Counted from the stretch's first letter, positions 10,037-20,701 are shown. The stretch: 64,000 nt of DNA from Promethearchaeota archaeon (GCA_019058245.1 JAHPZJ010000028.1:128001-192000); one strand, 5' to 3'. A program made the numbers and translations. Notes: generated from the sequence alone by a model not told the origin.

Positions 10037-10740
10037 TATTGTAAATAGAAAGAATAGCTAAAAATGATTTTTTAAGGACATAAACAATTTTAAATATATC
10101 TATAATAGTAAAAAATGCATCCTGTTATGATTAAAAATGAATTTGTATATATTCAATCTATATTAATTGCATTTTATTTAATATTGCTTTTAACAAGGAT
10201 AAAACTCTTTGTCGGTTTAAATGCACGATAAAAGGGCGTTTTTCCTTTAATTAATTTTTGATCTGTTACCAATACTTTTTTGATTCAGTTAACGCAAAAT
10301 TGTAAAAAGCTCGATTTTTCTCCAATAAAATACGGAGAACATGCTCCTGTTCTTTAGAGAGAGAAACCTTATTCTTTTAAGCTAGTTTAAGTTTAAAATA
10401 ATAGACAAAAACTAGTTTATCAAAAACAACACTAGACAATTTAATGATTTTCCTCTCATACTCTATTCTCAATCCAAAAGAGAGGTTTTAGTAAATTATT
10501 AAAATAAAGAATATAGATAATCGATTTTGATATATTAAAATTAAAGCTACTACAAAAAAACTTAGAGAATTTGAAAGGGGATCCCAAAGAGATAGCAAAA
10601 TAAGAGATTAATAATAATAGATTCAAATATTTCATATGATTATTTAACTTAAATCAAGAATGAAAAAGTAATTATTTCTTTATTTTATTATATCTTTTAA
10701 ATAACTAAAAAAAATTGTCTAAGGTTGGTTTCTTTATAAA

Positions 10741-12216
10741 ATGATATTTCAAGGATTATATAATGTTTTAGATTTATATTTTAATAATATTGAACTGTTC
10801 TATAATCATATAGATGAATATTTCCAGACGCAAATTATTAATTCATTTGGAAATAATAGAATCGAAAAAGGTAATCTTAGAGCCATTTCAGAAAAGATAT
10901 GTTCATTTTTAATAAATTATTTCATAGAATTAGGTTTTAAAAAAACTGAAATTGAGAATAAATTTTTAGATCCAATTTTGGAAATAGAAAATGGGGATGA
11001 AGAGACAATTTCAGTAGTGATTGATTTGTATAAAAAAAAAATTGCTCCTTTAATATATGAAATTCTTTTAGATAAAATTATTGCTTATCTTGTTGACGTT
11101 AATATAGCCCCTCTTCTATTAAAATTTAAGGATGAAGGATTTCTCCCGATTGAATTAATTATGGAAATAAGAAACCTGAGAACACTTTTCGAAAGAGTTC
11201 CAAATAAACTTGAAAATCTAAGAAAATATGTTCATATTCAAGAAAATATAATTTTTAAATTAAGAGAAAATAAGCAAAAAATTGAAAGTCTGGAAGATTT
11301 AGAAGAACCTCAGTATAAACTACAATTAATATATTTGATTTATAGAATCATTGATTTCTTTAATTTACAAAAAACGTTTAATTTTTCTCATATCAAATCT
11401 TATTTGGAAGAAAATATAGATGAATGGTTGATAGATATTCCATTAGTTTCACTAAGAAATCCCGATATTTATTTTTGTGGAATATATTTAGCAAAATATT
11501 TAAATGTAAAACTTGATAATAAAAAAATTTCAGGATTTTTATTACTTTTATATGAAGAAGCGATAAACCGATATGAATCTCCAATAATGGAGGCTACGGA
11601 TGGTTTGTATTATTTCTTTAAATCAACTGAATTAATGAAATTATGGTTAAATCATATGCAAATTAATAACATTATGATTACTTTTCCGAGATTTGTTGAT
11701 ATGAGTTATATAAAAAATCTTGAAACATCACAGTTAGTAGTAATATTAAAATTGTATAGGCAATTAGGAATAAGTGGGAAGGAATCTGAAATTGAAACAA
11801 TTATAGAGGAAATTGATACACGTATTACTCCAGAAGGTGTAAAACAGGAACGAGACGGATTTATTACATCAGAAGCTATATATTATGTTCTTTTTATTAA
11901 TTATATGAGAAATACCCTTGAAAAGTTAAAGGATTACGACTTTTTAAATAGTGTTATACAGCGAATATATAGAAATTTAGCACTTCTTGATTTTTCTGAA
12001 GATACTAATTATGATTTAATAAGTGAATTATTTTACTCTTGTGAAAGTTTAAAATTATTTAATTGTATAGAAACTAAAGAAATGATTATTCATATTGCAA
12101 AATATCTATTTCCAGAACAAATTCTTACCAAAATAACAAACAGCGAAGAAATTGCACGAACTACTGCAAAATTTAGGCATCTTAAAGTAAATAGAATTAC
12201 CGGAGAAACAATATAG
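10741..12216 (+). CDS. Hypothetical all-helical protein; C-terminal half possibly prenyltransferase-like alpha/alpha repeats
   Basis: 491-aa ORF with repeated helix-hairpin-like motifs (IYFCGIYL, GLYYFFKS, DGFITSEAIYY, ELFYSCESLKL). The fold assignment is tentative. Confidence 0.55.
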   Translation: MIFQGLYNVLDLYFNNIELFYNHIDEYFQTQIINSFGNNRIEKGNLRAISEKICSFLINYFIELGFKKTEIENKFLDPILEIENGDEETISVVIDLYKKKIAPLIYEILLDKIIAYLVDVNIAPLLLKFKDEGFLPIELIMEIRNLRTLFERVPNKLENLRKYVHIQENIIFKLRENKQKIESLEDLEEPQYKLQLIYLIYRIIDFFNLQKTFNFSHIKSYLEENIDEWLIDIPLVSLRNPDIYFCGIYLAKYLNVKLDNKKISGFLLLLYEEAINRYESPIMEATDGLYYFFKSTELMKLWLNHMQINNIMITFPRFVDMSYIKNLETSQLVVILKLYRQLGISGKESEIETIIEEIDTRITPEGVKQERDGFITSEAIYYVLFINYMRNTLEKLKDYDFLNSVIQRIYRNLALLDFSEDTNYDLISELFYSCESLKLFNCIETKEMIIHIAKYLFPEQILTKITNSEEIARTTAKFRHLKVNRITGETI

Positions 12217-12332
12217 AAATATAATTTAAGATTTTTACAATTTTTTCATAATCAAGTATATTTAGTACTAAATAATGTAATACAATTTTAAATAAAAAAT
12301 GGACTAAAATATAATTAATCAGTCAGAAAAGA

Positions 12333-12971
12333 TTATTGATACAGTAATACTCTAATTATATCAGCTATGTCATGGATCCGATCTGCTAACTGCTCCAGTA
12401 GTACAATACTATCTCGTAAACGCAAAAGTACTCTAATATTTAAATTCTCATTTGAATAGATATATTCTAGAAATTCTCTATAAATTGCATCAATTTCATT
12501 TTCAATCTCATGAATTTTTGTAGTATTACTAAACACCACATCTGGTTTATCTCTAAGGCTTTTAATTGTTGATTTAAGAACATTTGCCATTTCAATTGTT
12601 TTATTAATCAATTTTTCAAATCTTTTCTTTAATTCTTGATTGTTTTTTTTATCCACCTTAATTTGTGGTAATATATCTACAAATTCTAATGGGTAGTTAA
12701 TGACATTATCCATTCTTAGGATAAGAGCAATATAATCGCCTAAACCTGCAGTTTCAGCCTCAGAATAATTTTGAATCAACTGAATTTTAATACTATCTGC
12801 ATCCTCTTCTAACATTTGCATTTTACTTTTCTTTTTTTCAAGCGAAGATTTATTTTTCTCATAATTTTCTACCCATCCACTGTAAAAGACGCCCATATCA
12901 CTTAGAACAGAATAAATAATTCGAGAATGCTCAATAAGCATTGATATAATTTCTTCTTTAATCTTACTCAT
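12333..12971 (-). CDS. DUF47 / PhoU-like phosphate transport regulator
   Basis: Two repeats of the PhoU-like E..AD / E.EID motif (LEEDADSIK, IENEIDAIY) and LEQLADR. Confidence 0.85.
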   Translation of the reverse strand: MSKIKEEIISMLIEHSRIIYSVLSDMGVFYSGWVENYEKNKSSLEKKKSKMQMLEEDADSIKIQLIQNYSEAETAGLGDYIALILRMDNVINYPLEFVDILPQIKVDKKNNQELKKRFEKLINKTIEMANVLKSTIKSLRDKPDVVFSNTTKIHEIENEIDAIYREFLEYIYSNENLNIRVLLRLRDSIVLLEQLADRIHDIADIIRVLLYQ

Positions 12972-13182
12972 GAAAATTCCATTTAAATAGTTATTTTACT
13001 GTTATAAATATAAAAATTTGACTAATAAAAAATATAGTATTTAGAGAAATTTTAATATATTCTAAATTTTAATTTATAAATAAAATCTGAAACATTTTGA
13101 AAAACCTTAAGATTTAAAAAAATAAAGTGTAAATATTACGATTTTTAAAATAACATTTACCTAAAGAAAGGAAAAGAATTAA

Positions 13183-13827
13183 ATGAAAATTAAGGAAAAA
13201 ATCCAACTATGGAAGCAGTATTCAAAAATGTCTGATCTAGCTGAAATTGCTAGACGAAAATTCTTTAATAACTGTTTTGATGGCGCATTAACATGTGCAG
13301 GTATAGTAAGTGGTGTTTTTATTATATTTCTTGCACATTCTTCTAATTTTGCCCCAAAAGATGTTACTATTACTGGATTTGCTACTGCTTTAGCAATTGG
13401 AATTTCTGGTTTATGGGGTGCATTTCTTTCTGAAGAAGCTGAAAGACATAAAAAAATGATAGATATGAATAAAGAAATGGCTATTATAGAAGATGTTGAA
13501 GAAATAAAAAACGAAAAATCTTATAACAAAAAGAAAAAAGAGACACCATTATTAGAAAAAGCTGAAAATTTTGCCACGATTATTGCTTCTTTGGTGGATG
13601 GAGGAGCACCAGTATTAGGAAGTTCTCTTCCTTTAATTCCGTTTTTCTTTGGTATTTCATTATCATTTATTCATTTTATATTCTCTTATATTATACTTGC
13701 TGGTTTATTAATCTATTTAGGTATTTTTCTGGGAAAAATATCAGGTGGTGGGAGAGCTAAATATGCTATTCATTTAGTTACTGCCGGAATCGTAACTCTT
13801 TTAGTCTCAATATTACTTGGTATTTAA
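13183..13827 (+). CDS. VIT1/CCC1-family (archaeal TIGR00267-like) membrane transporter
   Basis: Motifs IARRKFFNNCFDG and GAFLSEEAE, PLIPF, and about five TM segments. Confidence 0.82.
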   Translation: MKIKEKIQLWKQYSKMSDLAEIARRKFFNNCFDGALTCAGIVSGVFIIFLAHSSNFAPKDVTITGFATALAIGISGLWGAFLSEEAERHKKMIDMNKEMAIIEDVEEIKNEKSYNKKKKETPLLEKAENFATIIASLVDGGAPVLGSSLPLIPFFFGISLSFIHFIFSYIILAGLLIYLGIFLGKISGGGRAKYAIHLVTAGIVTLLVSILLGI

Positions 13828-13915
13828 AGTCTTGGAGGATAATTAATTTCAATAAAAATTGTGAAGAAAATAGAATTAGGTTTTTCTTAACAATAATACT
13901 GATATACAATCAAAA

Positions 13916-14626
13916 ATGTTTGAAAGAGCTAAAACATACGCAAAAATTACGAATTTATGGGGAATTGCTAGACGCTATTTTGTAAATAACTTCTATGATG
14001 GTATGCTAACTGTGCTGGGTATACTTTTGGGATTTTTTGTTTTAATTCTTAAAGGAGATCAAAGTTCAATAAATAGTCATCTTGTTATTTTAACAGGTAT
14101 TGGAAGTTCAATATCAATGTTAATATCAGGAATGTCTGGTTCATACCTTTCAGAAAGAGCGGAACAAAAAAAAATGAAAGAAGAATTATATAAGGCTATG
14201 GTCATAGATAAAAACGATGAAGTAGAAGTATTAAAAGATTCTTCTGATGTAGAAGAGATTGAAAAGGCTATGTTAACAAAAATTAAGCATGATGTTAATT
14301 TAAGAGTTAGAAGCAGGTTAAGAAAGAAGAAAAAAAAAATTAAAACCTTACAACAAAAAGCAGAAAATTTTACAAGCATAATTGTCTCGATAATAAATGG
14401 AGGATCTCCCTTTTTAGGAGGTATTGTCCCTTTAATTCCCTTTTTAATTGTTCCTAACGCCGGATTATCAATTTTTATTATATCATTTTTTACTATCCTC
14501 GTTTGTATAGTTTTACTTGGAGTGTTTTTAGGTGTCGTCTCAAAGGAATCTATTCTCAAAAATATTTGTCAAATGGTTTTTGCATTTTTTATAACTCTTC
14601 TAATTTCTATATTTTTGCTCTCGTAA
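13916..14626 (+). CDS. VIT1/CCC1-family membrane transporter, tandem paralog
   Basis: Motifs IARRYFVNNFYDG, SGSYLSERAE and PLIPF. Confidence 0.82.
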   Translation: MFERAKTYAKITNLWGIARRYFVNNFYDGMLTVLGILLGFFVLILKGDQSSINSHLVILTGIGSSISMLISGMSGSYLSERAEQKKMKEELYKAMVIDKNDEVEVLKDSSDVEEIEKAMLTKIKHDVNLRVRSRLRKKKKKIKTLQQKAENFTSIIVSIINGGSPFLGGIVPLIPFLIVPNAGLSIFIISFFTILVCIVLLGVFLGVVSKESILKNICQMVFAFFITLLISIFLLS

Positions 14627-14679
14627 TTATGATTAAATTTAATTTTTGACATTCATTTTTCTTCATAATAACTAATTTC

Positions 14680-15486
14680 TTGGTATTAAATTTGACAGTA
14701 TTTGTTGGTATTGATATAGGATCACTTGAGACAAAAGTAGTGTTATTAGAAAATTCTGAATTATTAGATTTTCGAGTTAATCGATCCACATTTGATTTCA
14801 AGCGTGTAGGAAACGAGATGTTTAATGATCTTCTGGAAAGAAATAATTTAAAAAAAAGTGATGTCTATGTTATGTCAACAGGATATGGAAGGAATAGCAT
14901 TGATATTGCTGATGATCGTATTACTGAAATAACAGCACATGCACGTGGAGCACAATATTTTTTTCCAGACGTACATTCTGTCATAGATATTGGTGGTCAA
15001 GATAGTAAAGCTATAGTGATTTCAAAGAAAAGCGGGAATGTAATAGATTTTCAGATGAATGATAAGTGTGCCGCTGGAACAGGTCGTTTTATTGAAGTGA
15101 TGGCTGGCGCGTTAGAGGTTCCCATCCAGAACATTGGAGAATTAGCCCTTAATTCTAATAATCCGGCATCAATCAGTTCAACATGTACTGTTTTTGCTGA
15201 ATCTGAAGTAATTTCTCTTTTTGCTAAGGGCACAAAAAAGGAAGATATTGCAGCGGGAATTCATAAATCAATTGCAAGAAGGGTTGGTGGAATGGCCAAA
15301 CGTATAGGAGTTTCTCCTCTTTTAGTTTTTTGTGGTGGTGTTGCAAAAAACATCGCAGTCAAGAAATTTCTAGAGCAAGAATTAGGATTTGAAATTATGT
15401 CTCCCATATCAAACGGACAAAGTAATGCGCAATTAACAGGAGCTATAGGTGCTGCTTTAATAGCTTCTGATCAAAGTAATAGTTAA
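14680..15486 (+). CDS. 2-hydroxyacyl-CoA dehydratase activator (HgdC/BadF-type ASKHA ATPase with 4Fe-4S)
   Basis: Motifs GIDIGS, STGYGR, DIGGQDSK, MNDKCAAGTGRF and ISSTCTVFAESE. Start is TTG at 14680 or 14692. Confidence 0.95.
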   Translation: MVLNLTVFVGIDIGSLETKVVLLENSELLDFRVNRSTFDFKRVGNEMFNDLLERNNLKKSDVYVMSTGYGRNSIDIADDRITEITAHARGAQYFFPDVHSVIDIGGQDSKAIVISKKSGNVIDFQMNDKCAAGTGRFIEVMAGALEVPIQNIGELALNSNNPASISSTCTVFAESEVISLFAKGTKKEDIAAGIHKSIARRVGGMAKRIGVSPLLVFCGGVAKNIAVKKFLEQELGFEIMSPISNGQSNAQLTGAIGAALIASDQSNS

Positions 15487-15593
15487 TTATTAGCTTTTTT
15501 TATTGAAAATCTATCTTTTAATATAATATGATAAATTTTATGAATAATTCACTCTTTTTTGATTAATAATTCACAGTTGATACTAATAATATA

Positions 15594-16730
15594 ATGGATA
15601 ATTTGGAGCTTTTATCTGAATATACCCTATTCTTAAAAGAAGAAAAACAAAAAGGAAAAAAAGTTGTAGCTTTTATTTCTCACGATAACATCCCAGAAGA
15701 ATTACTAGATGCAGCAGGATTCATTCCTCTAAGATTAATGTTTGCAGGAAATGATGAATTAATGGACGCGAGCCATGATTATTTATCCCCTTCTACTTGC
15801 GCTTTTGCACAGTCATGCATTGGTTTATTTTCAACTAAACCAAATCATTTTAGATTTTTGGATTTAGTAGATTATTTTATTGTATCAAATCATTGTGTAA
15901 GTGATATATGTGCTTCTGAGATTATTTCCAAATATTTCAATATTCCTCGATTGAATTTTTATCTTTCATATACTAAAAATGAGAATAGTTTGAAATACTT
16001 TAAATTCGAATTACTAGATTTTAAAGATCAACTAGAAAAAATAATTGGTATTGAGATTAAAAATGAAGCTTTAATGGATAGCATTAAAAAGTATAATAAT
16101 TTTAAAAAAAAATTATTAGAATTTAACAATTTAAATATTAGAGGTTCAGAAAAATTAAGAATACTTCAAAAAGCAATATTATATGGTCCTATCTTTTTAC
16201 CTGAACTAGAATCTTATACCTTAAAATTCAGCGAAAATCAAATTCAAAATTCGAAAGACTTAAAGGATGTTATAATTACGGGTTGTTCGGTTTTTTTAAA
16301 TGATTACCTAATTGAATTAATCGAAGAAGCAGGGGGAAATGTAATATCTTTTGATACATGGATTGGAAATAATTACTATTATCAAATTTTTGAAGAAACC
16401 GTTATAAATCTCACGAAAAATCCATTTGATTTATTAGTGAGACGTTTTGAGAACAATCTCTATGGAGATCATTCTGTTCCCAATTTTTTAGAGAATAAAG
16501 TATCTCAAATTGAGAAAATTTGCCAAAATTATTTAGAAAAAACTGGAAAAAAATTGAGAATTATAAATCATATAATAAAATTCTGCGATCACATTTCTCT
16601 TATGTCAGCATATTTAAAAGAGCAACTACAAGAAAAAGGATTTCCTGTTTTAAACCTTGAGAGAGATTATTCAAGAGCTAATAGGGGGCAGTTATCTACT
16701 AGAATTGAAGCATTTTTGGAGATGGTATGA
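15594..16730 (+). CDS. 2-hydroxyacyl-CoA dehydratase family subunit (HGD-D)
   Basis: Motifs PEELLDAAG, KFCD and QLSTRIEAFLEM; adjacent to the activator. Confidence 0.9.
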   Translation: MDNLELLSEYTLFLKEEKQKGKKVVAFISHDNIPEELLDAAGFIPLRLMFAGNDELMDASHDYLSPSTCAFAQSCIGLFSTKPNHFRFLDLVDYFIVSNHCVSDICASEIISKYFNIPRLNFYLSYTKNENSLKYFKFELLDFKDQLEKIIGIEIKNEALMDSIKKYNNFKKKLLEFNNLNIRGSEKLRILQKAILYGPIFLPELESYTLKFSENQIQNSKDLKDVIITGCSVFLNDYLIELIEEAGGNVISFDTWIGNNYYYQIFEETVINLTKNPFDLLVRRFENNLYGDHSVPNFLENKVSQIEKICQNYLEKTGKKLRIINHIIKFCDHISLMSAYLKEQLQEKGFPVLNLERDYSRANRGQLSTRIEAFLEMV

Positions 16731-16733
16731 ATA

Positions 16734-18092
16734 ATGAGTCTTATGGCAGATGAAATTGTAAGATTTAGTTCTTTGTTAAGAATTGCTTTTAATCTTTTAA
16801 CTGGAAGAGATTATTTAAAGAGAAAGAAATTTAGAGAAAAAAAAAAGTTAATCTCCGTGGCTTTACCTTTTTCTGATATAGTGTATGGATTTCCAGATTT
16901 AGTGCCTGTTTTTCCAATTCGAACGCATGTTTTTAAAATGCATAAATATCTACAATATTTAGGGTCAGGAGCAAACATTTTTGGTTGGAAAAATGTATCC
17001 AATTTCTTAGGTTTTCTAAAAAACCTTGGTATTGGTGATATAAATAAAATTATTGATGAAATTATAGATAATGTTATAGATGCTGTTAATGAAAAATACA
17101 ATGAAATGTACGATATAGGAATTGAAAATGGAATTCCTTCTGATTTTTGTTATGGAATAAAAAGTCTTTATGGAATGCATGTTTCAAAAGGTAAAAATTA
17201 TGACGCCATTTTAAATTATACAATACGTTGTAGTGCATGGAATAAATATCACGAGTCCTTAAAAACAATTAATAATACTTCAAAACAAATCTGGATAGAT
17301 ATACCCCCTAGAAATGTTGGTGATGCTTTAGAATTATTAGTAAATAACCTCTATGATGGTATAAGTGAACTAGAAAAAATTAGTGGTAATACCTATGATA
17401 GTAATATTCTACGAAACCATTTTAAAGTTGCCAATGAAATTAGAAGATCCTACAAATCTATCCTATATGAGATAAGCACGTCTGATTTTTATCCTTGTAA
17501 TCCTGCCACATTTAGCGAAATATTAGTTATACTAAATAATAGTTTTCAGGATTACAATTCTAATGCAATTCGATATCGAGATAATATGACCGCATTAGTT
17601 CATGAAATAAAAGAGAGAATAAGAAATAAGATTGGTATGGATGTCAGTAATATGCCACGAATATTAATTACTCCTATGTTTGGTGGATGGGAACCAAAAA
17701 CCCATGAAATAATTTATGAACTTGGAGGTAGAGCATTATATGCCGATTGGGATGTTTTATTACTTTTAGAAGATATTCCAATTGAAAAAATATCTGATCC
17801 GGTTGAGGCGTATGCTCATTATTTAATGAATGCAACAACAAACGGAATTGGATGTGATAATAATACACTAACAGATTCATATTTCCGAATTGCAGAAAAA
17901 TTAAATGTTGACGGACTTATATTTATTCAGCTTTTTGGGTGTCATTCAGTATCCAATTGCTACCCAATGTTAAAGGAAAAAATTCGTCGAGAACTTGAAA
18001 TACCTAGTATGGCACTCACATTTAACAAGATAGGGGAAAATGTTGAACAAGTAAAAACTCGTTTAGGAGCTTTTATGGAAATGTTTAGATAG
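16734..18092 (+). CDS. 2-hydroxyacyl-CoA dehydratase family subunit (HGD-D), second subunit
   Basis: FC, RC and GCH cysteines and C-terminal QVKTRLGAFMEM; in an operon with the two preceding genes. Confidence 0.85.
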   Translation: MSLMADEIVRFSSLLRIAFNLLTGRDYLKRKKFREKKKLISVALPFSDIVYGFPDLVPVFPIRTHVFKMHKYLQYLGSGANIFGWKNVSNFLGFLKNLGIGDINKIIDEIIDNVIDAVNEKYNEMYDIGIENGIPSDFCYGIKSLYGMHVSKGKNYDAILNYTIRCSAWNKYHESLKTINNTSKQIWIDIPPRNVGDALELLVNNLYDGISELEKISGNTYDSNILRNHFKVANEIRRSYKSILYEISTSDFYPCNPATFSEILVILNNSFQDYNSNAIRYRDNMTALVHEIKERIRNKIGMDVSNMPRILITPMFGGWEPKTHEIIYELGGRALYADWDVLLLLEDIPIEKISDPVEAYAHYLMNATTNGIGCDNNTLTDSYFRIAEKLNVDGLIFIQLFGCHSVSNCYPMLKEKIRRELEIPSMALTFNKIGENVEQVKTRLGAFMEMFR

Positions 18093-18147
18093 TTTTATTT
18101 AGCTCTACAGAAGAAAATTTTCCAAATTTAAATTTAATTATTATAAT

Positions 18148-18567
18148 ATGATTGTTAGGAGACTTTTTCTTCTAATCATAATTATCAATCGATTAAAAAA
18201 AATGGAAAAAATCAACAGTATAATGGAAAAATGTGATAAACTCTTTGTCTATGGTACATTACAACATGGTCAAAGCAGGAATTACATCCTAAGAGGATTA
18301 AAATTTGAAAAAGCTGCTTTACTGAATTATAAAAAACTAGAACCGCCTTCACTTGGGTTTCCTTTCATCATTAAAGCGGAAAACTCTAATGTAAAAGGAG
18401 AAGTTTATTATGGGGTTAGACAATTTCTTATTAATCAAATTGATATGATAGAAGGAGAAGGAAATTTATATCATAGAATTATAATAAAAATATATTTAGA
18501 AGACGGAAGAGAAATTGAAGCTTATACGTATTACCCATCTAAAATGTTAATTAAGAATTATATGTGA
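18148..18567 (+). CDS. Gamma-glutamylcyclotransferase (AIG2-like) family protein
   Basis: Motifs LFVYGTL, VKGEVY and IDMIEG. The true start is probably a downstream ATG (18202 or 18223). Confidence 0.9.
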   Translation: MIVRRLFLLIIIINRLKKMEKINSIMEKCDKLFVYGTLQHGQSRNYILRGLKFEKAALLNYKKLEPPSLGFPFIIKAENSNVKGEVYYGVRQFLINQIDMIEGEGNLYHRIIIKIYLEDGREIEAYTYYPSKMLIKNYM

Positions 18568-18584
18568 ATAATTGGAGAATATAA

Positions 18585-18871
18585 ATGAGTAAAGATAATT
18601 TAAGGGATAATGAAAATAAAGATAAAATTCTCCTTGTAAATAATTATTCTCGAGGTTTTCCAACAGATAGAATAACATGTATAGAGAGTATAGTTAATAA
18701 TTGCATTGCAGAAGTAGAGTTTGATACTATCCATTTTACACAAAACTCATAATCCTTATTATTTTCATTCAAGCTTATTTGATGATAGGATTGCGGAAAA
18801 AACAAGGATTACCGGAGAAATAAATTATTGAAAACTTCATATGGATGTGTTCTTACAAGAAAAAACATTAA
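18585..18871 (+). pseudogene. Probable internally deleted class I glutamine amidotransferase remnant
   Basis: 55-aa ORF 18585..18752 (…KILLVNNY…) resembling the GATase N-terminal strand, followed by frameshifted TRITGE / IIENF fragments resembling the GATase C-terminus. The catalytic core is absent. Confidence 0.4.
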
Positions 18872-18954
18872 ATTCATAGTAACTATTGTTCAGAAATTCC
18901 AAAAACTGCACATTTTATTCACGTTATTTGAATTCAACAGACTTTATGAAAAAG

Positions 18955-19452
18955 TTATAATTCTTTATCAATAGTTTTATTTTTGGGAAAAAATAATTTT
19001 CTTCCTGAATGAACTGCTTCAAATGATTCTGTAAATTTTCTGATTTCTTCATGAATTTCTACTAATTCTTCATTTTTCAACATATTTTTAAAAATTCTTT
19101 TTACAGATAAATATAATTTTGGAACAAATGTATCTATTTGAGATAATTGATAAGCTAATTCTAAAACTGAAGAATAATCCATCTTTAAATTGATTTCTTT
19201 TCGTTTTATTTTTTCAATTATTTTTTTCTCAAACCTTCTTCTTGAAATGTTGCTCCATGTTATTTCATATACAAAATAATTTACACTTTGCACCGCTTCT
19301 GTTAAAATGGCAGTTCCGGTAGCAATAGCAATACTCCCTATAAATAAATATGCTGTAAGAAAACCAAGTACTAACGTTATTGACCTATAAATTATGCTTT
19401 TTATTACACTTTCTTTCCATTCAATATTCTGCAATTTTTTTTTGGATTTCAT
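18955..19452 (-). CDS. DUF2061-like membrane protein with C-terminal soluble extension
   Basis: ESVIKSIIYRSIT...YFVYEITW matches the DUF2061 pattern. Confidence 0.7.
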   Translation of the reverse strand: MKSKKKLQNIEWKESVIKSIIYRSITLVLGFLTAYLFIGSIAIATGTAILTEAVQSVNYFVYEITWSNISRRRFEKKIIEKIKRKEINLKMDYSSVLELAYQLSQIDTFVPKLYLSVKRIFKNMLKNEELVEIHEEIRKFTESFEAVHSGRKLFFPKNKTIDKEL

Positions 19453-19898
19453 CTTGATGTACTCATTATTTTAATTTTATAAAAACTTCAATTATTACAT
19501 TTGATGATCTTCTATAATAATTAAAATGATAGAATTATATTTTACAATATAGCTTTTAAAAAAACTATTATTTATAATAGATAATAGAAAATGCTTCAAA
19601 TCTAAATAATCATAGACTCAAAATACTATTATTAACTGGTTTTAAAATTAAAAGCTTCTTTCAATTTTTTTATAAAAATTATTGAAATATCTTTTTATTT
19701 TTGAAAAGATCTGAAGTTTTCTTCTTATATATTAATGCCTATAACTTTAAAAATGAGATTATCTGATCGGACATTAGAATTAAAATTTGAATTAATAAGT
19801 ATCCTGTTTTCAATAGTATTATTATATGATACTTCAAAATAGTGTACTAATTTGGATATATTAATCATAAAACCCTAAAAAATTAAAGTGAAATTCAT

Positions 19899-20519
19899 AT
19901 GGAAAAGATAAATAATCTTAATCTAATAGCCTATGAAAATATAATTATTGCTAAAAAAGAAAAATTGGTAGCCTTAGAATTAAAAAACTTAGCTATTAAT
20001 CTCTTAAAAAAAGCAAAATCAAGAAAGAAATTTGTTGAAAAAGAAATAAAGTTAGCTCAAATAAGAAAGAAATTGGTTGAGAATAATGAAAAATTATTAC
20101 AAAACAAAATTAAATCTAAGGAATTATTAAAATTTCCTGAAGAAGTAATAAGGAATGAAAGAGATTTTATAAATTATCATGAGAAAGTTGCTGAAAATCA
20201 ATTAGAGTTAGCAGAACATCATGAAGAAATAGCAAAGTTTGAAGAAAAGTTAGCTGAACATAAGCTAATATTAGCAAATTCAAAAAGGCATCTAGCAAAA
20301 GTTCGGATTAAATTAGGAAAATTACAATTAAAATATGTAAAAATGATTCAAAAAAAAAAACATGAGAAAGCTCTAATAATAAAATCATTATATAAAAGAA
20401 AACAAAATGAGTTAACTCATCATCTGAAAGATGTAACAGAGAAAGAAAAGGACGTTAAAGATGTTCAAAATACCATAGCAATTTTAACAACAAAATTTTC
20501 TCAGATATTGGTAAAATAG
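19899..20519 (+). CDS. Lys/Glu-rich coiled-coil hypothetical protein
   Basis: 206 aa with recurring LA(E/N) heptad-like repeats. Confidence 0.7.
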   Translation: MEKINNLNLIAYENIIIAKKEKLVALELKNLAINLLKKAKSRKKFVEKEIKLAQIRKKLVENNEKLLQNKIKSKELLKFPEEVIRNERDFINYHEKVAENQLELAEHHEEIAKFEEKLAEHKLILANSKRHLAKVRIKLGKLQLKYVKMIQKKKHEKALIIKSLYKRKQNELTHHLKDVTEKEKDVKDVQNTIAILTTKFSQILVK

Positions 20520-20701
20520 ATATCATTAATAGATTTTGAAAATTTACCAAATTTTAATACTTCTGCTGTTAAGCATAAACATTGACTAACCAATAAAAAT
20601 TATTTCCAAATGAATTTAATTTTATTTTTTTTTAGTAATTTTCTCTTTTTATTTATAATTTTTAGCCATAAGGTATTTATATATAATTATTTTCATTTGA
20701 G

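Noticed and set aside
9961-10740. Long intergenic region with short hairpins (10208-10232, 10334-10355, 10452-10485) as a possible ncRNA or riboswitch
   Set aside because: Stems are only 6-8 bp, no known RNA motif is recognisable, and covariation cannot be tested here.
14077-14559. 160-aa minus-strand ORF
   Set aside because: Antisense to the VIT1-like gene. The other short ORFs nested in or antisense to long genes (for example 1194, 1310, 6586, 16811, 30345, 40639, 41212, 43367, 49863, 53332) were rejected for the same reason.
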